Positions 10,273-20,250 of a DNA stretch of 64,000 nt are shown in pieces. A model generated the notes under the pieces. That model had not been told where the DNA came from. It was given only the letters and a program-made list of their open reading frames with translations, and did not search any database. Where the stretch lies: the NCBI GenBank assembly GCA_918797485.1, contig CAKKNE010000001.1:4340001-4404000 (forward strand). Reading direction: 5' to 3'. Each line of letters opens with the position of its first letter. The first letter of the stretch is position 1. Origin of the DNA: Pelagomonas calceolata (Eukaryota). The translations under genes were made by a program, and so were the position numbers.

Positions 10273-10615
10273 ATTATTTAATAACGTGTGTTGTTGACTT
10301 GTCTCGTGGTCTACTCGACCAGCTTACCACGCGGCGGAGGCGACGCGCCCGGGTCGCCGGCCGCGTTTCCGACCATGAAGGGTCCGGATGTCTCCGGCGA
10401 TGCGTCGCCCGCAAGGCTCCCCAGCAAAGAATGTCGGCCTTCGTGTCGGGGGCAAGGCTCTGCAGCTGATGAATTAGCGGAGTGTGGAGACACGCAGCGC
10501 TGCCCCGGCGCGGTCCGACCGAGCGGGAAGCGGTCGGGCAGCCCCCCCTTGGGACGAGCCGCGGAGGCGCCGCGGGGCGGGGCCCGGGCGCCCGGGCCCA
10601 CAACACAGAGCGACC

Positions 10616-11722
10616 ATGCTCCGCTGGGCTCTCGCCGCCGCCGCCCTGAGCGTTTGTGTGAACGGGCAGTGCGCCGAGAACTGCCGGACCTGCAAGTCTG
10701 TGAGTTCAACGGACTGCGAGACGTGTAGCGACGGCTACGTCTTGATCGACGAGGACCTGGACGGCGTCGGCGCGTGCGCGCCGCTGAGCGTGGACTGGGA
10801 CTTCAACGCCGGGGCGTGTAGCTCGTCATTGAGCGATCATGTGGGCTTGGCCTCGGATCTAGAAGGGTGCTGGGCGCTCTGCAGCGAGCGGTACGGCGCG
10901 AACCTCAAGGCCATCGACTTGGATTCCAACAACTGGTGCACGTGCCAGGACGCCTGCGAGTGCATGGATCCCGGGAATGGGGGGGGCTACTACGTGATGA
11001 CTTCGTTGGATTTCGCGAACGGCCTGCCTGCGGCGTGCGAGACCGACGAGGCGCCCTTCGTGTGCGAGGCGACGTGCCCCGACGGCAGCGCCGCGACGTG
11101 CTGCGATGACGACGGCAGCTGCGAGGACGGTGACGACGACTGGTGCTGCGGCGACGACTACCTGTGTTCGAACGACAGCAAGGAGTGGGCGGTCTCGATG
11201 GGCGGCGAGCTCTGCTGCGTCTTGGACACGATCAAGTGGGGCGCCACGGGCACCTGGTGCAGGTCCGATCTGGATCATCTCGTGGGGCTGGCGGCGACCT
11301 TGGAAGACTGCTGGACCTTCTGCGTCGAGGCCTATCCGGACGTTCTGGCAGCCGTCGACTTGAACGACCGGGGCGAGTGCTTTTGTCAAGACGCGTGCAC
11401 GTGCCTCGACACCCGGGATGGGATAGAGGCGCAGCTCATGACGACGGCAAATATCGCATACTTGCCGGAGGCGTGCCCCGGCTGGGATCCATGCGTCGGC
11501 TGCGTCGACGTCGACGACGGCGACGATAAAGGGGCAAGGCGGGAGGTCGAGCTCCTGGTCTTCGCGATGGCCGCGACGGTCGTCGTCTGCTGCTGCTTCG
11601 CGGCGGCGGTGCTCGCCGTGGCGGCGCGCGTCATCTATCGGCGGAAGCCGCTGGCCGAGCCGCCGCGCGCGACGGCCGTCGAGTGGCCGAACGTCCCGCA
11701 CGAGGCCGTCGTCGTGCTCTGA
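10616..11722 (+). CDS. Type I membrane protein with two Cys-rich extracellular modules
   Basis: Signal peptide MLRWALAAAALSVCVNG. Repeated C.S.L...VGLA..LE.CW..C...Y...L.A.DL.....C.CQDAC.C module. C-terminal TM segment with CCC. Confidence 0.75.
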   Translation: MLRWALAAAALSVCVNGQCAENCRTCKSVSSTDCETCSDGYVLIDEDLDGVGACAPLSVDWDFNAGACSSSLSDHVGLASDLEGCWALCSERYGANLKAIDLDSNNWCTCQDACECMDPGNGGGYYVMTSLDFANGLPAACETDEAPFVCEATCPDGSAATCCDDDGSCEDGDDDWCCGDDYLCSNDSKEWAVSMGGELCCVLDTIKWGATGTWCRSDLDHLVGLAATLEDCWTFCVEAYPDVLAAVDLNDRGECFCQDACTCLDTRDGIEAQLMTTANIAYLPEACPGWDPCVGCVDVDDGDDKGARREVELLVFAMAATVVVCCCFAAAVLAVAARVIYRRKPLAEPPRATAVEWPNVPHEAVVVL

Positions 11723-12197
11723 GCCTCGCGACAAAAAAAGCATCTTTCGCAAGTCCTCCATGACCCCCTTCCGTCGCTCCTTTGTGTGATAATCTCCTTT
11801 TTGCTCTTGAATCTGAGCTTTCTATTGTTACGGTGCTAGGACTAGTGTAGAGGACTAGTGGGCGGAGCCCCTGCCCAGGGCGGGGGGGGAGGACACCGCG
11901 CGTTCGCCGATTCATCGGCGGCGGGCGCGTGCCGCGTTTTTCATAACAGCACACCTTCTTCTAAGCAGAACCGCCTCGGAAAATCTCCCCGAACAATCTC
12001 CTTGAATGCGGCTAGTGTGACACTACTAGGGCGTCTAATAAAGCCATCATATTTTGCACGCGCTAATTCTCAGGGTCTGGAGCAGAAAGGGCAGCCCGTA
12101 CAGGGGGCAGAGTCTCCCTGGGGTCGCTCAGGGCGTGTGCAAGCGCCTCCTCCGCATACCCCGCTTCCAGCCGGATATCTAAGGTGCTTTGCACCAA

Positions 12198-13583
12198 ATG
12201 CGGCGCGTCGTCCTGACGGCCGCCGTCGCCGGCGGCGTCAAAGCCGACCGGCCGCGGAAGCAGATTGTGGAGACTGCACACCCGCGGCTCCGGGAGGCCT
12301 GGGCGGCCACCGGCGTACTCACAGAAGCGGACTTTGCAGCGGCGCGCGCCGACGACGTGCCGTATTCAGTAAGAAGGAGCCTCCTCGGCGACGTCGACGA
12401 CATCCCCGCGTCCGACTGCGGCGACGACCGCAAGCGCGCCGGTGCCGAGTGGTGCTTCAACGGCACGGACCCGGGGGACATGGACGACGACTGGGCCCGC
12501 ACGGACCTGATGGGGCTGAACCCGGGCGCGTGCGCGATCTGCGGCTTCGTGGACGGCCCGCTGAACAGCAACGGACTGCCCGCTGGGTTGACTGATCCGT
12601 GGACGCCCGCCACGTGGCCCTTCGACTGGCCCTACGACTGCGTCACGTGCGAGGACCCCACGGACCAGCTGGTGGTCTTCTTCCGGGACTGCACGGGCGC
12701 CTGCGTGGACGCGGCGGGCGTCGAAGAGCTCCGGGCGCTCGGCTTCGGGACGCTCGACGAGTCGGGCTGCTACGCCAAGCGCGGCTGCTACCCCGAGGGT
12801 TTTCTGGATGCGTACTCGGTCGAGGGCGTCAACAACCATTTTTTCGAGGACCGCGTCGCCGTCGTACAGACGTGCGTCCCGACCTGCCCCGACGGTTCCA
12901 CTGGTATCGCATCGGGCGACGACTATTTTTGTGGCGGCGCCTACGTCTGCTCGAACGATGGCACGAAGTCCCCAAAATGCTGCGATCTTAATACGATGTG
13001 CTGGGGCAACGTCCGGGCCTACTGCGTGTCGCCCCTCGACGAGCGGCTGGGGTACCTGCCGGACAGCCGGGACTGCTGGGCGGCGTGCGTCCAGCGCGAG
13101 GGCGACCGGGTCGTCGCCATCGACGTGAACGTGGCCGGCGAGTGCTACTGCCAGACCGACTGCACCTGCATGCGCGAGGGCGACGGTCTGAACGGGGCGC
13201 GCACCTACCTCGTGACGCGCGATTCGTTGGCGGAACTGCCGGGCCCGTGCAACGAGGACGGCCGCGCCGTCGACACGGAGCCCGTGCCGTGCACCCAATA
13301 TCTGGGCGACGGGCCCTACCCGGCGGGGCCGCCCCGGGCCGGGACGAAGAAGAGCGGGCCTGCTACTGCTGCTGGCGGTCTGGCGATAAAGGTGTTGATC
13401 GCCGCGGCCGTCGTCGTCGCCGCCTGCTGCTGCTGCGCGATGGCGGTGGGGCTCGGGACGGCCGCCACGCTGGGCCGCGAGGAGGACGACGACGACCCGC
13501 CCGAGCAGGTGCGCGAGATCCAGCTCCACGGCCTGCGGCCCTGGAAGGCCCCCGACGGCGACAACGTCGTCGTCGGCGGCTAG
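12198..13583 (+). CDS. Type I membrane Cys-rich protein, paralog of 10616..11722
   Basis: Signal-like N-terminus. Shares the CPDGS...DDY.C...CSND...CC segment and the CW..C...AIDVN..GECYCQTDCTC module. TM segment with CCCC. Confidence 0.75.
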   Translation: MRRVVLTAAVAGGVKADRPRKQIVETAHPRLREAWAATGVLTEADFAAARADDVPYSVRRSLLGDVDDIPASDCGDDRKRAGAEWCFNGTDPGDMDDDWARTDLMGLNPGACAICGFVDGPLNSNGLPAGLTDPWTPATWPFDWPYDCVTCEDPTDQLVVFFRDCTGACVDAAGVEELRALGFGTLDESGCYAKRGCYPEGFLDAYSVEGVNNHFFEDRVAVVQTCVPTCPDGSTGIASGDDYFCGGAYVCSNDGTKSPKCCDLNTMCWGNVRAYCVSPLDERLGYLPDSRDCWAACVQREGDRVVAIDVNVAGECYCQTDCTCMREGDGLNGARTYLVTRDSLAELPGPCNEDGRAVDTEPVPCTQYLGDGPYPAGPPRAGTKKSGPATAAGGLAIKVLIAAAVVVAACCCCAMAVGLGTAATLGREEDDDDPPEQVREIQLHGLRPWKAPDGDNVVVGG

Positions 13584-13678
13584 TATCGCCGCGGCGCCCA
13601 CGCGCCGCGGCCAAGTTAGTTTAACTGTATGTATATTCCTATCTTTTTGCTGGGACTAGCTGGGGCCGCGCGTTCTCG

Positions 13679-13778
13679 CTCAGGCTCAGGCTCAGGCTAG
13701 CTACGTCGCAGGGTTCCCCGTGCCCCTCCCGATTGCTCAGGCTCAGGCTAGTTACGTCGCGGGGTCCCCCGTACCCCT
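13679..13778. repeat. Short tandem duplication built from (CTCAGG)n plus CTAG.TACGTCGC.GGGT.CCCCGT.CCCCT
   Basis: Two imperfect copies at ~13679-13727 and ~13736-13778. Confidence 0.65.
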
Positions 13779-13792
13779 ACCGCTCCCCGCTG

Positions 13793-13810
13793 CTAGTGTC
13801 TTACAGCTAG
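13793..13810 (+). promoter_or_regulatory. Recurrent upstream motif CTAGTGTCTTAC, copy 1
   Basis: Exact 12-mer about 155 nt upstream of the GH2 gene ATG. Four more exact copies are all upstream of genes. Confidence 0.55.
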
Positions 13811-13958
13811 CTTGAAATCGTCTCTCGCGCGCGCGCCTAGCGGTAGTGGGGCAGCTGCACTACGCACGCCGTCGCAGCGTTGCATTAGTTCAGAGGAGTT
13901 GTGCTGCGCGCATCGCTCTCGGTGCCCAGGACCAAGCTCTCCCTGGTGAAGGGCAGCC

Positions 13959-15929
13959 ATGCTCTACCCCCAGCTCACGCCGACGCGCTGCGTCGTGTCC
14001 TTGAATGGCATGTGGGAGCTAGCGCGCGAGCACGAGCCAGGCAACCACCACAAAGGCTTCAAGGCGGAAAAGCATGTGGCCGTGCCGGCGTCCTATAACG
14101 ACCTGTACGCCGAAGAAGGCTTCCGCATGTGGAAGGACGGCATGTGGTACCAGCGGACCTTCGCGGTGCCGAAGACGCTGCAAGGCGAGCGCCTCGTGCT
14201 GCGGTTCGGCGCCGTCGCGTACCGAGCGCGCGTCTTCGTGAACGGCAGGGAGGTGGGCGGCCACGAGGGCGGCCACCTGCCCTTCGAGTGCGAGGTCACG
14301 GACGTCGTCGATTGCACGGGACTGAATGTGCTCTGCGTGCGCTGCGAGAACCGACTGAGCGCGACGACGGTGCCCATGGGAGAACTGCGCAACGCCGGCG
14401 AGAACGGGCAGTTCGCGGGCCAGTACCCCGACGTGCCCTTCGACTTCTTTCCCTACGCGGGCATCCAGCGCGACGTCTGCCTGTACACGACACCAAGGGC
14501 GGCGTGGTTGGAGAGCGTCCGGGTGACGACGGCGGTAAGTGCCGATGGTGTCGCGACAGTCACCGTCGCAGGGCGCGTCGGTGGCGTCGGCGAAAATTTG
14601 TCCGTCATTGTCGGGTGCATGTCACGCCAGACGCCCAAAGTTATCGCCGGTGGACACGAGTCCATCAGTGATAACTTCACCGTGGACATCCGGATTCCCG
14701 ACGCCGAGCTGTGGGACGTCTTCCGGCCGAACCTCTACGACGCCGACATAACGCTCCTTAGTGGAGAAGACGTCGTGGATACCTACAAACAGCGCTTCGG
14801 CATCCGCACGATACGCGTGACCGGGAATCGACTCCTCCTGAACGGCAGGCCCGTCTACCTCCAGGGCTTCGGGCGCCACGAGGACTTCCCGATCATAGGA
14901 AGGGGTTTGTGTCACGCGGCGAACGTTCGCGACCACGAGTTATTGAAATGGGTCAACGCCAACAGCTATAGGACGACGCACTACCCCTACTCCGAGGAGC
15001 TGGTCCGGCTCGCCGACGAGCAGGGCATTTTGTTAATTGCTGAGGCGCCCGCCGTGAGTGTGAACTTCGACCACCTCCAGGACGAAAATGTGAGAAGGGA
15101 GCTCTACGACCGCCATTCTACAGCGCTGACGGAGCTCATCGACCGAGACTTCAATGCGCCGTCAGTCATAGCCTGGAGCGTGGCCAACGAGGCGACGACG
15201 AATAGACCCGCGGCCCGGGACTACTTCGCGACCTTGGCCGGTCACGTGCGACGGTTGGACGCCACGCGGCCCGTGACCATGGTCACGTGCAAGGTGGAAG
15301 ACGACCTGGTGATGGACGCCTTCGACATGGTGGGCGTGAACTTTTATCCGGGTTGGTACCACGAGCCCGGCTTGGGCTTGGGCGAGCCCTTCGCCAGCGC
15401 GAAGGCGTCGATGCGGCACGCGCTGGAGACGCTGCACCAAAAATTCAACAAGCCCATACTCGTCGCGGAGTTCGGCGCCGACTGCCTCGCCGGCCTGCAT
15501 TCATTGCCAGCCGAGCAGTGGAGCGAGGAGTACCAAGCCGATTTAATAATGACGCTGATCGACGTCATCCGGGAGTGCGACTTTGTGATTGGGGAGCACG
15601 TCTGGAACTTCGCGGACTTCCGAACGGCCCAGAATTTTCCGCGAGCCGGCGGGAATAGGAAGGGCGCGTTCACGCGCGACCGCCAGCCGAAGATGGTCGC
15701 GCACTTCCTGCGGCGGCGGTGGGCGGTGCCTCGTTACCCCGTTACAGAGCCCGTTACCGATCTCGAATCGATGATGCGGGTCTTTTTGGACCCGGCAGCG
15801 CGGGGGAACCGGCATCTCGCGCCGCAGCCGGGAGATCCCGACTTCGGCGACGACGGCGGGCTGGGGGCGTTACAGGCGCGCTGGCGCGCGCAGCTCAACG
15901 CCGGGGCCCCACCGCCGCCGCCTCGATAG
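13959..15929 (+). CDS. Beta-glucuronidase (GH2), uidA/GUS-like, no signal peptide
   Basis: MLYPQLTPTR start, GFGRHED, ANSYRTTHYPY, WSVANE (acid/base Glu), AEFGAD (nucleophile Glu), WNFADFRT and the GUS-specific N-x-K motif GNRKG. Confidence 0.92.
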   Translation: MLYPQLTPTRCVVSLNGMWELAREHEPGNHHKGFKAEKHVAVPASYNDLYAEEGFRMWKDGMWYQRTFAVPKTLQGERLVLRFGAVAYRARVFVNGREVGGHEGGHLPFECEVTDVVDCTGLNVLCVRCENRLSATTVPMGELRNAGENGQFAGQYPDVPFDFFPYAGIQRDVCLYTTPRAAWLESVRVTTAVSADGVATVTVAGRVGGVGENLSVIVGCMSRQTPKVIAGGHESISDNFTVDIRIPDAELWDVFRPNLYDADITLLSGEDVVDTYKQRFGIRTIRVTGNRLLLNGRPVYLQGFGRHEDFPIIGRGLCHAANVRDHELLKWVNANSYRTTHYPYSEELVRLADEQGILLIAEAPAVSVNFDHLQDENVRRELYDRHSTALTELIDRDFNAPSVIAWSVANEATTNRPAARDYFATLAGHVRRLDATRPVTMVTCKVEDDLVMDAFDMVGVNFYPGWYHEPGLGLGEPFASAKASMRHALETLHQKFNKPILVAEFGADCLAGLHSLPAEQWSEEYQADLIMTLIDVIRECDFVIGEHVWNFADFRTAQNFPRAGGNRKGAFTRDRQPKMVAHFLRRRWAVPRYPVTEPVTDLESMMRVFLDPAARGNRHLAPQPGDPDFGDDGGLGALQARWRAQLNAGAPPPPPR

Positions 15930-16162
15930 CGTTCGTAGTATCGCCTAAGTCCGTGTGGTGATTACCCGAGACGCGCCGTGCTCGTCCGACGGCGCGGCGC
16001 CGTGATGGCGTTCATATCGCCTACATAACTCCGGTCACTCCTACTTGCGTTCCTTCGAGGCCTGCGGGGTCCCGCGAGTGGGGGTCGAGCGCGGCTGCTC
16101 TCGCAAACAACGCCAGCGGCCTCTCCCTGCCAAAGCAGGCCGCGGGCAGCCCAAACGCCGAC

Positions 16163-16951
16163 ATGAGGCCAGAACCTGGTACTAACCCCGAGTGGGACGC
16201 GAGGGTCCTGTCCTGGCAGCAGAAACGGGACGACATCACGCAGCGGTTCCGGTGGAGGCGGCACCACAACCAGCGCCAGGCGACGCGCTACGGCCAGGCC
16301 AACGGCTGGCATAGTTCGGGGCGGCCGCCGCGAGAAGAGGCGCCGCGGCCCCTGCCGCACGCCGTCGGCGCCATCAAGGACTGGCGCTACTATAGAAGAG
16401 CGGCGTCGGGCCTCCAGACGGGCGGCGCCATCTGGACGGACCTGTACAACGCGCCCCTAAGGAACGTCAAAAAGCTCGGGTTAGTAAACAAAAAAGTGCT
16501 CCAGGAGGACATTAATGGGTTGGAGCACATCTGTGCCATCGTGGCGCGGGAGCAGGACGCGCAGCAGGCCGAACATGACCGGATTAAAGCGCAAGCGGAA
16601 GAAATACGAGCCGACTTCGTCCAGACGTTAAGAGAAAACAGGGACAAGCCCGGCGGCGTCGACTACACGCGACGGATCATGGGCAAGGAGGTCCTGCCTC
16701 CCACGCTACTCGGGCCGCCCCGCGTGACGGCGCGCACCGAAAGGTTGTCGCACGGCCACAAGGGCGTGGCCGCGCGGCGCGAACTTTTTGAGAGACTGGG
16801 CTGCCAGGACATGAAGGGCCTGCTCGTGACGGACCGGGGCCTGGCGGAGCACATGCACGAGCTCGCGGCGCTCGTCGACATCGAGCTGCCCAAGAACAAG
16901 TTCATCCCCAAGAAAGATGATTCTTTCCAAGGGCCGCGCGTGAAGACGTGA
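16163..16951 (+). CDS. Hypothetical protein, 262 aa
   Basis: ORF with native codon usage that converges on the next gene. No recognised domain. Confidence 0.6.
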   Translation: MRPEPGTNPEWDARVLSWQQKRDDITQRFRWRRHHNQRQATRYGQANGWHSSGRPPREEAPRPLPHAVGAIKDWRYYRRAASGLQTGGAIWTDLYNAPLRNVKKLGLVNKKVLQEDINGLEHICAIVAREQDAQQAEHDRIKAQAEEIRADFVQTLRENRDKPGGVDYTRRIMGKEVLPPTLLGPPRVTARTERLSHGHKGVAARRELFERLGCQDMKGLLVTDRGLAEHMHELAALVDIELPKNKFIPKKDDSFQGPRVKT

Positions 16952-16994
16952 AGACTAAGTAAGTACGAAACGAACGACCTTACACAGATAAGCA

Positions 16995-17534
16995 CTACTT
17001 CTTCTCCTGGGGCCACTTGTTGCCGTCGGGCCAGACGATGGCCGTCGCGCCGGGCCGGCCGGGCGTCGGCAGCGTGAGGACGCCCGTCAAGTTCGGCGGG
17101 CCACCCTTGGGCGGCACGGAGAAGTCGACGGTGATGCGGTTCGCGTCGACGAGGCCGGGGAGGATGTACTCCGAGGGCTCGCCGCGGCCGCCGCCGCCTA
17201 CGACCTTGACCAGGCGGTACTCCCCTATATAAGTGTCCGTCAAGGAAATATCACGGATGCCGCCCGGGTGATTGATCGGATCCGTGTAGCGGCCGACGAA
17301 GGCGTCCTCGGCCCAAGCCTCAGGCGGCGGTTCGCCCGCTTTGCTCCGGTAGGTGAGCTTGGCCGTCTTCGCGGCCTTGTAGAGCGGTTTCAGCGAGGCC
17401 TGGAAGTCCTCGGCGACCGCTGGCGCTGCGATGAGGCCCGTCGCGATTGCTGGCGCTGCTTGCAACAGGTGTCGCCGTGAGGCTGGCTTGAGGGCAGAGA
17501 CAGCACCAGTGAGCAAGACCGCTGCTCGCAGCAT
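16995..17534 (-). CDS. Plastid, probably thylakoid-lumen, protein of unknown function
   Basis: MLRAAVLLTGAVSA|LKP signal, then SRRHLL...APAVA twin-Arg/AxA segment. Mature part has GRYTDPINHPGG...VDFSVPPKGGP...IVWPDGNKW. Confidence 0.7.
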   Translation of the reverse strand: MLRAAVLLTGAVSALKPASRRHLLQAAPAIATGLIAAPAVAEDFQASLKPLYKAAKTAKLTYRSKAGEPPPEAWAEDAFVGRYTDPINHPGGIRDISLTDTYIGEYRLVKVVGGGGRGEPSEYILPGLVDANRITVDFSVPPKGGPPNLTGVLTLPTPGRPGATAIVWPDGNKWPQEKK

Positions 17535-17632
17535 CGTGCCTTGCAGTTGTGGCTCTATTGCGAGCACTGCAGGGTCGCGTTGGCCGCCAGACGGCTGCAG
17601 CAGTGCCGCAGAGCTGGTTTTTGCTTGCATCC

Positions 17633-17655
17633 CTAGTGTCTTACATGCCGCTAGC
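17633..17655 (+). promoter_or_regulatory. Recurrent upstream motif CTAGTGTCTTAC...GCTAGC, copy 2
   Basis: Lies between the divergent starts at 17534 (-) and 17891 (+). Confidence 0.55.
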
Positions 17656-17890
17656 TAATTGGGCCGCGCCGCCGCATCTCCTCGGCGTTTGGCCGCCAGA
17701 GCTGATCAACGAGTGGGAGCGACTGTACGCAACCCTCAAATTCGCTGTGAGCCGCTGCGCCGATCAATATATATATTGGCACTCACTCACCAAAACAGTT
17801 GATTGGGCCTGTCAGCTGCTCGTCGCGCAACAGTAGTGTGGGCAACAGTAGTGTGGAGCGCATAGAAATCAACGAGCAGAGCGCAGAGAA

Positions 17891-19702
17891 ATGGAGCGCG
17901 TCGAACCGGTACCGGCAGGAATCATCGAGGACGCCGTCGTCGTCGGCTGCGCCGCGTTCCGCGAGGACGCCAATACCAATCCACCGGCGCGGCGGCCCGC
18001 GGAGATCCTGGAGAGACTCCCAGACCGCGCGCCCGTGAACGGCGGCATCGCGGGCGGGCCGCGGCCGCCGCTGCCGAACCGCTTGGAATGGTTTTGTTTT
18101 CCGGATGGGGACGTCGCGCCCGTTTTACGAAGACGTCGCCCGCCCGACAGCGTGCACTGGTTCACGCTGCACGACGAGCGGACGCGGCCGCTGCGGGGCT
18201 GCGTGCTGACGTCGTGGCGGCGGTGTGCTTCCAACGCGGACGGGTCCAAAGCGCTCTGGGTGCCGACGGCGCTCTGCGTGCTGAGTAGGGTGGGAGTGGG
18301 CCCGGCGCTGGAGCTCTGGCTCCGCCAGGCCGCCGTCGTGTTGCGAGAGGACGCAACGTGCGATGTGTCGCTTCGAAGAAGGCTCGTCCAGCTCGCCGAC
18401 GAGGCGCCGAAGCCGGCGCGGGGCATCTTATCGATCGACGTGACGGGTCCGCTCGGCCGGGTGATTTCGGTGAGGGAGCACCGCTGCGGCACGCGCGGGA
18501 ATGTGGGAGGCGAGGGCGCGTGCCCGCCGCCCCGGGGCGGCGGCGGATCGATCCGATTGGCAGTGCTGCTGCTCGGCGTGGACGGTTTAAATGCGGCGCT
18601 CGCGGCCGTGCTTCTGGAAAGGCCGTTGGTGCTGCATTCTTGTGAATGCGACTCGCTCACGAGGGTCGCCGAGGCGCTCGTGTCGCTCATCGCGCCCCTG
18701 GAGGTGGCGGGTGCTTACGTGCCGGTCCTGCCGAAGCCCCTGCTGGATTTGTTAGACGCACCGCAGGCGTACGTGCTCGGCGCGAAGAGCGCGTGGCTGC
18801 CGCGCGACGAGAATCGGAAAATGGCGCTGGCCAAGGGCGTTGTGTGTGTCGATTTGGACTCCCAACGAATAGACACGGCCTACCCGGCGTTACCGCCGGC
18901 GATGCGTGCTGAGGTGGAGGCGGCGACGCGGCGCGTCCGCGCGCTGGCCCACGAGGCGCTCGGCGAAATCGTCGACGAGGACGCGGCGTCGCGCGACATG
19001 GCGCTCGTCGCGGCCGAAGCTAGGTTGCAGGCGACGGTCGCGCGGCACATCGTGGCTTTGCTCGATCCGCCGCGGCGGCCAGGCGAACCCAAGGGGAGCG
19101 CCCTGGACCCGCGGACGCGGGGCGTGGCCGCGGTGGCGCGGTGCGCGCCCGAGGCGCGGCCCTTTGCGCGGCAGCTCGTGGATACCCAACATGTTCAACA
19201 GCTATTCGAGCTTCGGCCGAACGCTCTTGTCAAGGCGCGCGATGCGCTCTTCGAGGATGCGGACGAGCTCGAGTGCTGCGACGTCGTTTTGCGGTGCCAC
19301 GGGCCGCGCGCCGACGCGTACACGTACCGAGTGCCGCCTCCGCTAACGGGCGGCGACGCGACGGACGACGAGTCGACCGACGAGGAGACGGCCGACGACG
19401 GCTTCGCGTGGCGGCCGCGGCGCCTGTTTGGCTCGTCTATGACTCCGCCGCCGACGCGCGTCTACCGCTACGGCGTGCTTGCTGATTTATTGGGCGCGAC
19501 GGTCGGGGACTTGCGCTGCGCGCTCGAGCCGCCCATTGAACCGCCGGTGTTGGTCGACACGCCTCGCGCCCCTGCGGTGCCGCCGCCGCCGGGCGCCGCG
19601 GGGACTCGGGACGCGGCGCCGACGAAGCCGCTGCGGGAGTTCACGCCGCCCAAGGCGCCGCGGGAGAACGGGAAGGGTGGGAAGGGGCGTAAGACGAGGT
19701 AG
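17891..19702 (+). CDS. DENN-domain protein (Rab GEF-like)
   Basis: uDENN WFCFPDG...HWFTL, then PTALCVLSR. cDENN AVLLERPLVLHS...LIAPL...YVPVLP..LLDLLDAPQAYVLG and VVCVDLD. Confidence 0.8.
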   Translation: MERVEPVPAGIIEDAVVVGCAAFREDANTNPPARRPAEILERLPDRAPVNGGIAGGPRPPLPNRLEWFCFPDGDVAPVLRRRRPPDSVHWFTLHDERTRPLRGCVLTSWRRCASNADGSKALWVPTALCVLSRVGVGPALELWLRQAAVVLREDATCDVSLRRRLVQLADEAPKPARGILSIDVTGPLGRVISVREHRCGTRGNVGGEGACPPPRGGGGSIRLAVLLLGVDGLNAALAAVLLERPLVLHSCECDSLTRVAEALVSLIAPLEVAGAYVPVLPKPLLDLLDAPQAYVLGAKSAWLPRDENRKMALAKGVVCVDLDSQRIDTAYPALPPAMRAEVEAATRRVRALAHEALGEIVDEDAASRDMALVAAEARLQATVARHIVALLDPPRRPGEPKGSALDPRTRGVAAVARCAPEARPFARQLVDTQHVQQLFELRPNALVKARDALFEDADELECCDVVLRCHGPRADAYTYRVPPPLTGGDATDDESTDEETADDGFAWRPRRLFGSSMTPPPTRVYRYGVLADLLGATVGDLRCALEPPIEPPVLVDTPRAPAVPPPPGAAGTRDAAPTKPLREFTPPKAPRENGKGGKGRKTR

Positions 19703-19737
19703 TGGTCATTTTCATATGCTACTTAGTGCGTGCGAGC

Positions 19738-20250
19738 TTAATCCGCGTCCTCGACTTCGTCCAGTTCGTCCGGAGGCGATTCGCGGGCGCGGAGCGCGGC
19801 TCGCGCAGCTGCTCGCGCGCTTTGTAGGGATTGCTCAATCTGCATTGTGACCGGGTTCGCGCTACCCATCACGCGCCGCGCGGTCCGTTCCGTCTCTTCG
19901 AGCGTTCTCACGGCCTCCCGGAGATCGTCGAGCGTGGCGGCGGTGTCGAGGTAGAGCATTCGTCCGTGATTCGCCCTCATCATGAGTGTGAGTTCATGCG
20001 AATTCCCAAAAACGCGTCGCGCCGCGGGTATTAGTTTGCTTAGTAGCACATTGGCTTCTTTGAAACGCCGTAGATTACGAAGGGCCTCCGCGTAGTTATT
20101 GGCCGCCACGAGGGTGTGTCTATGTTCTTCGCCATATATCTTCGAAAATCCATTATATACATCCCGGTTGGTACATAGTGCCTCTTCATGTCGCCCAAGC
20201 CTGTCATACGTGATCGCAAGATTGCTCTGAGTAGCGAGGAATCTTTCTAC
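19738..20250 (-). pseudogene. C-terminal fragment of a kinesin-light-chain-type TPR gene, 5' half apparently missing
   Basis: QSNLAITYDRLGRHEEAL...GEEHRHTLVAANNYA...FGNSHELTL repeats. Upstream of ~20250 the frame is the antisense of a Pro-rich plus-strand segment and has no convincing ATG. Confidence 0.55.

Noticed and set aside
10859..13601. Long antisense ORFs (300 and 411 aa) opposite the Cys-rich genes, and similar shadow ORFs elsewhere
   Set aside because: High GC3 coding sequence suppresses stop codons on the opposite strand. They have no domain signatures.
13679..13778. Short repeats considered as a CRISPR-like array
   Set aside because: Only two degenerate copies, no unique spacers, no cas genes, and a eukaryotic context.
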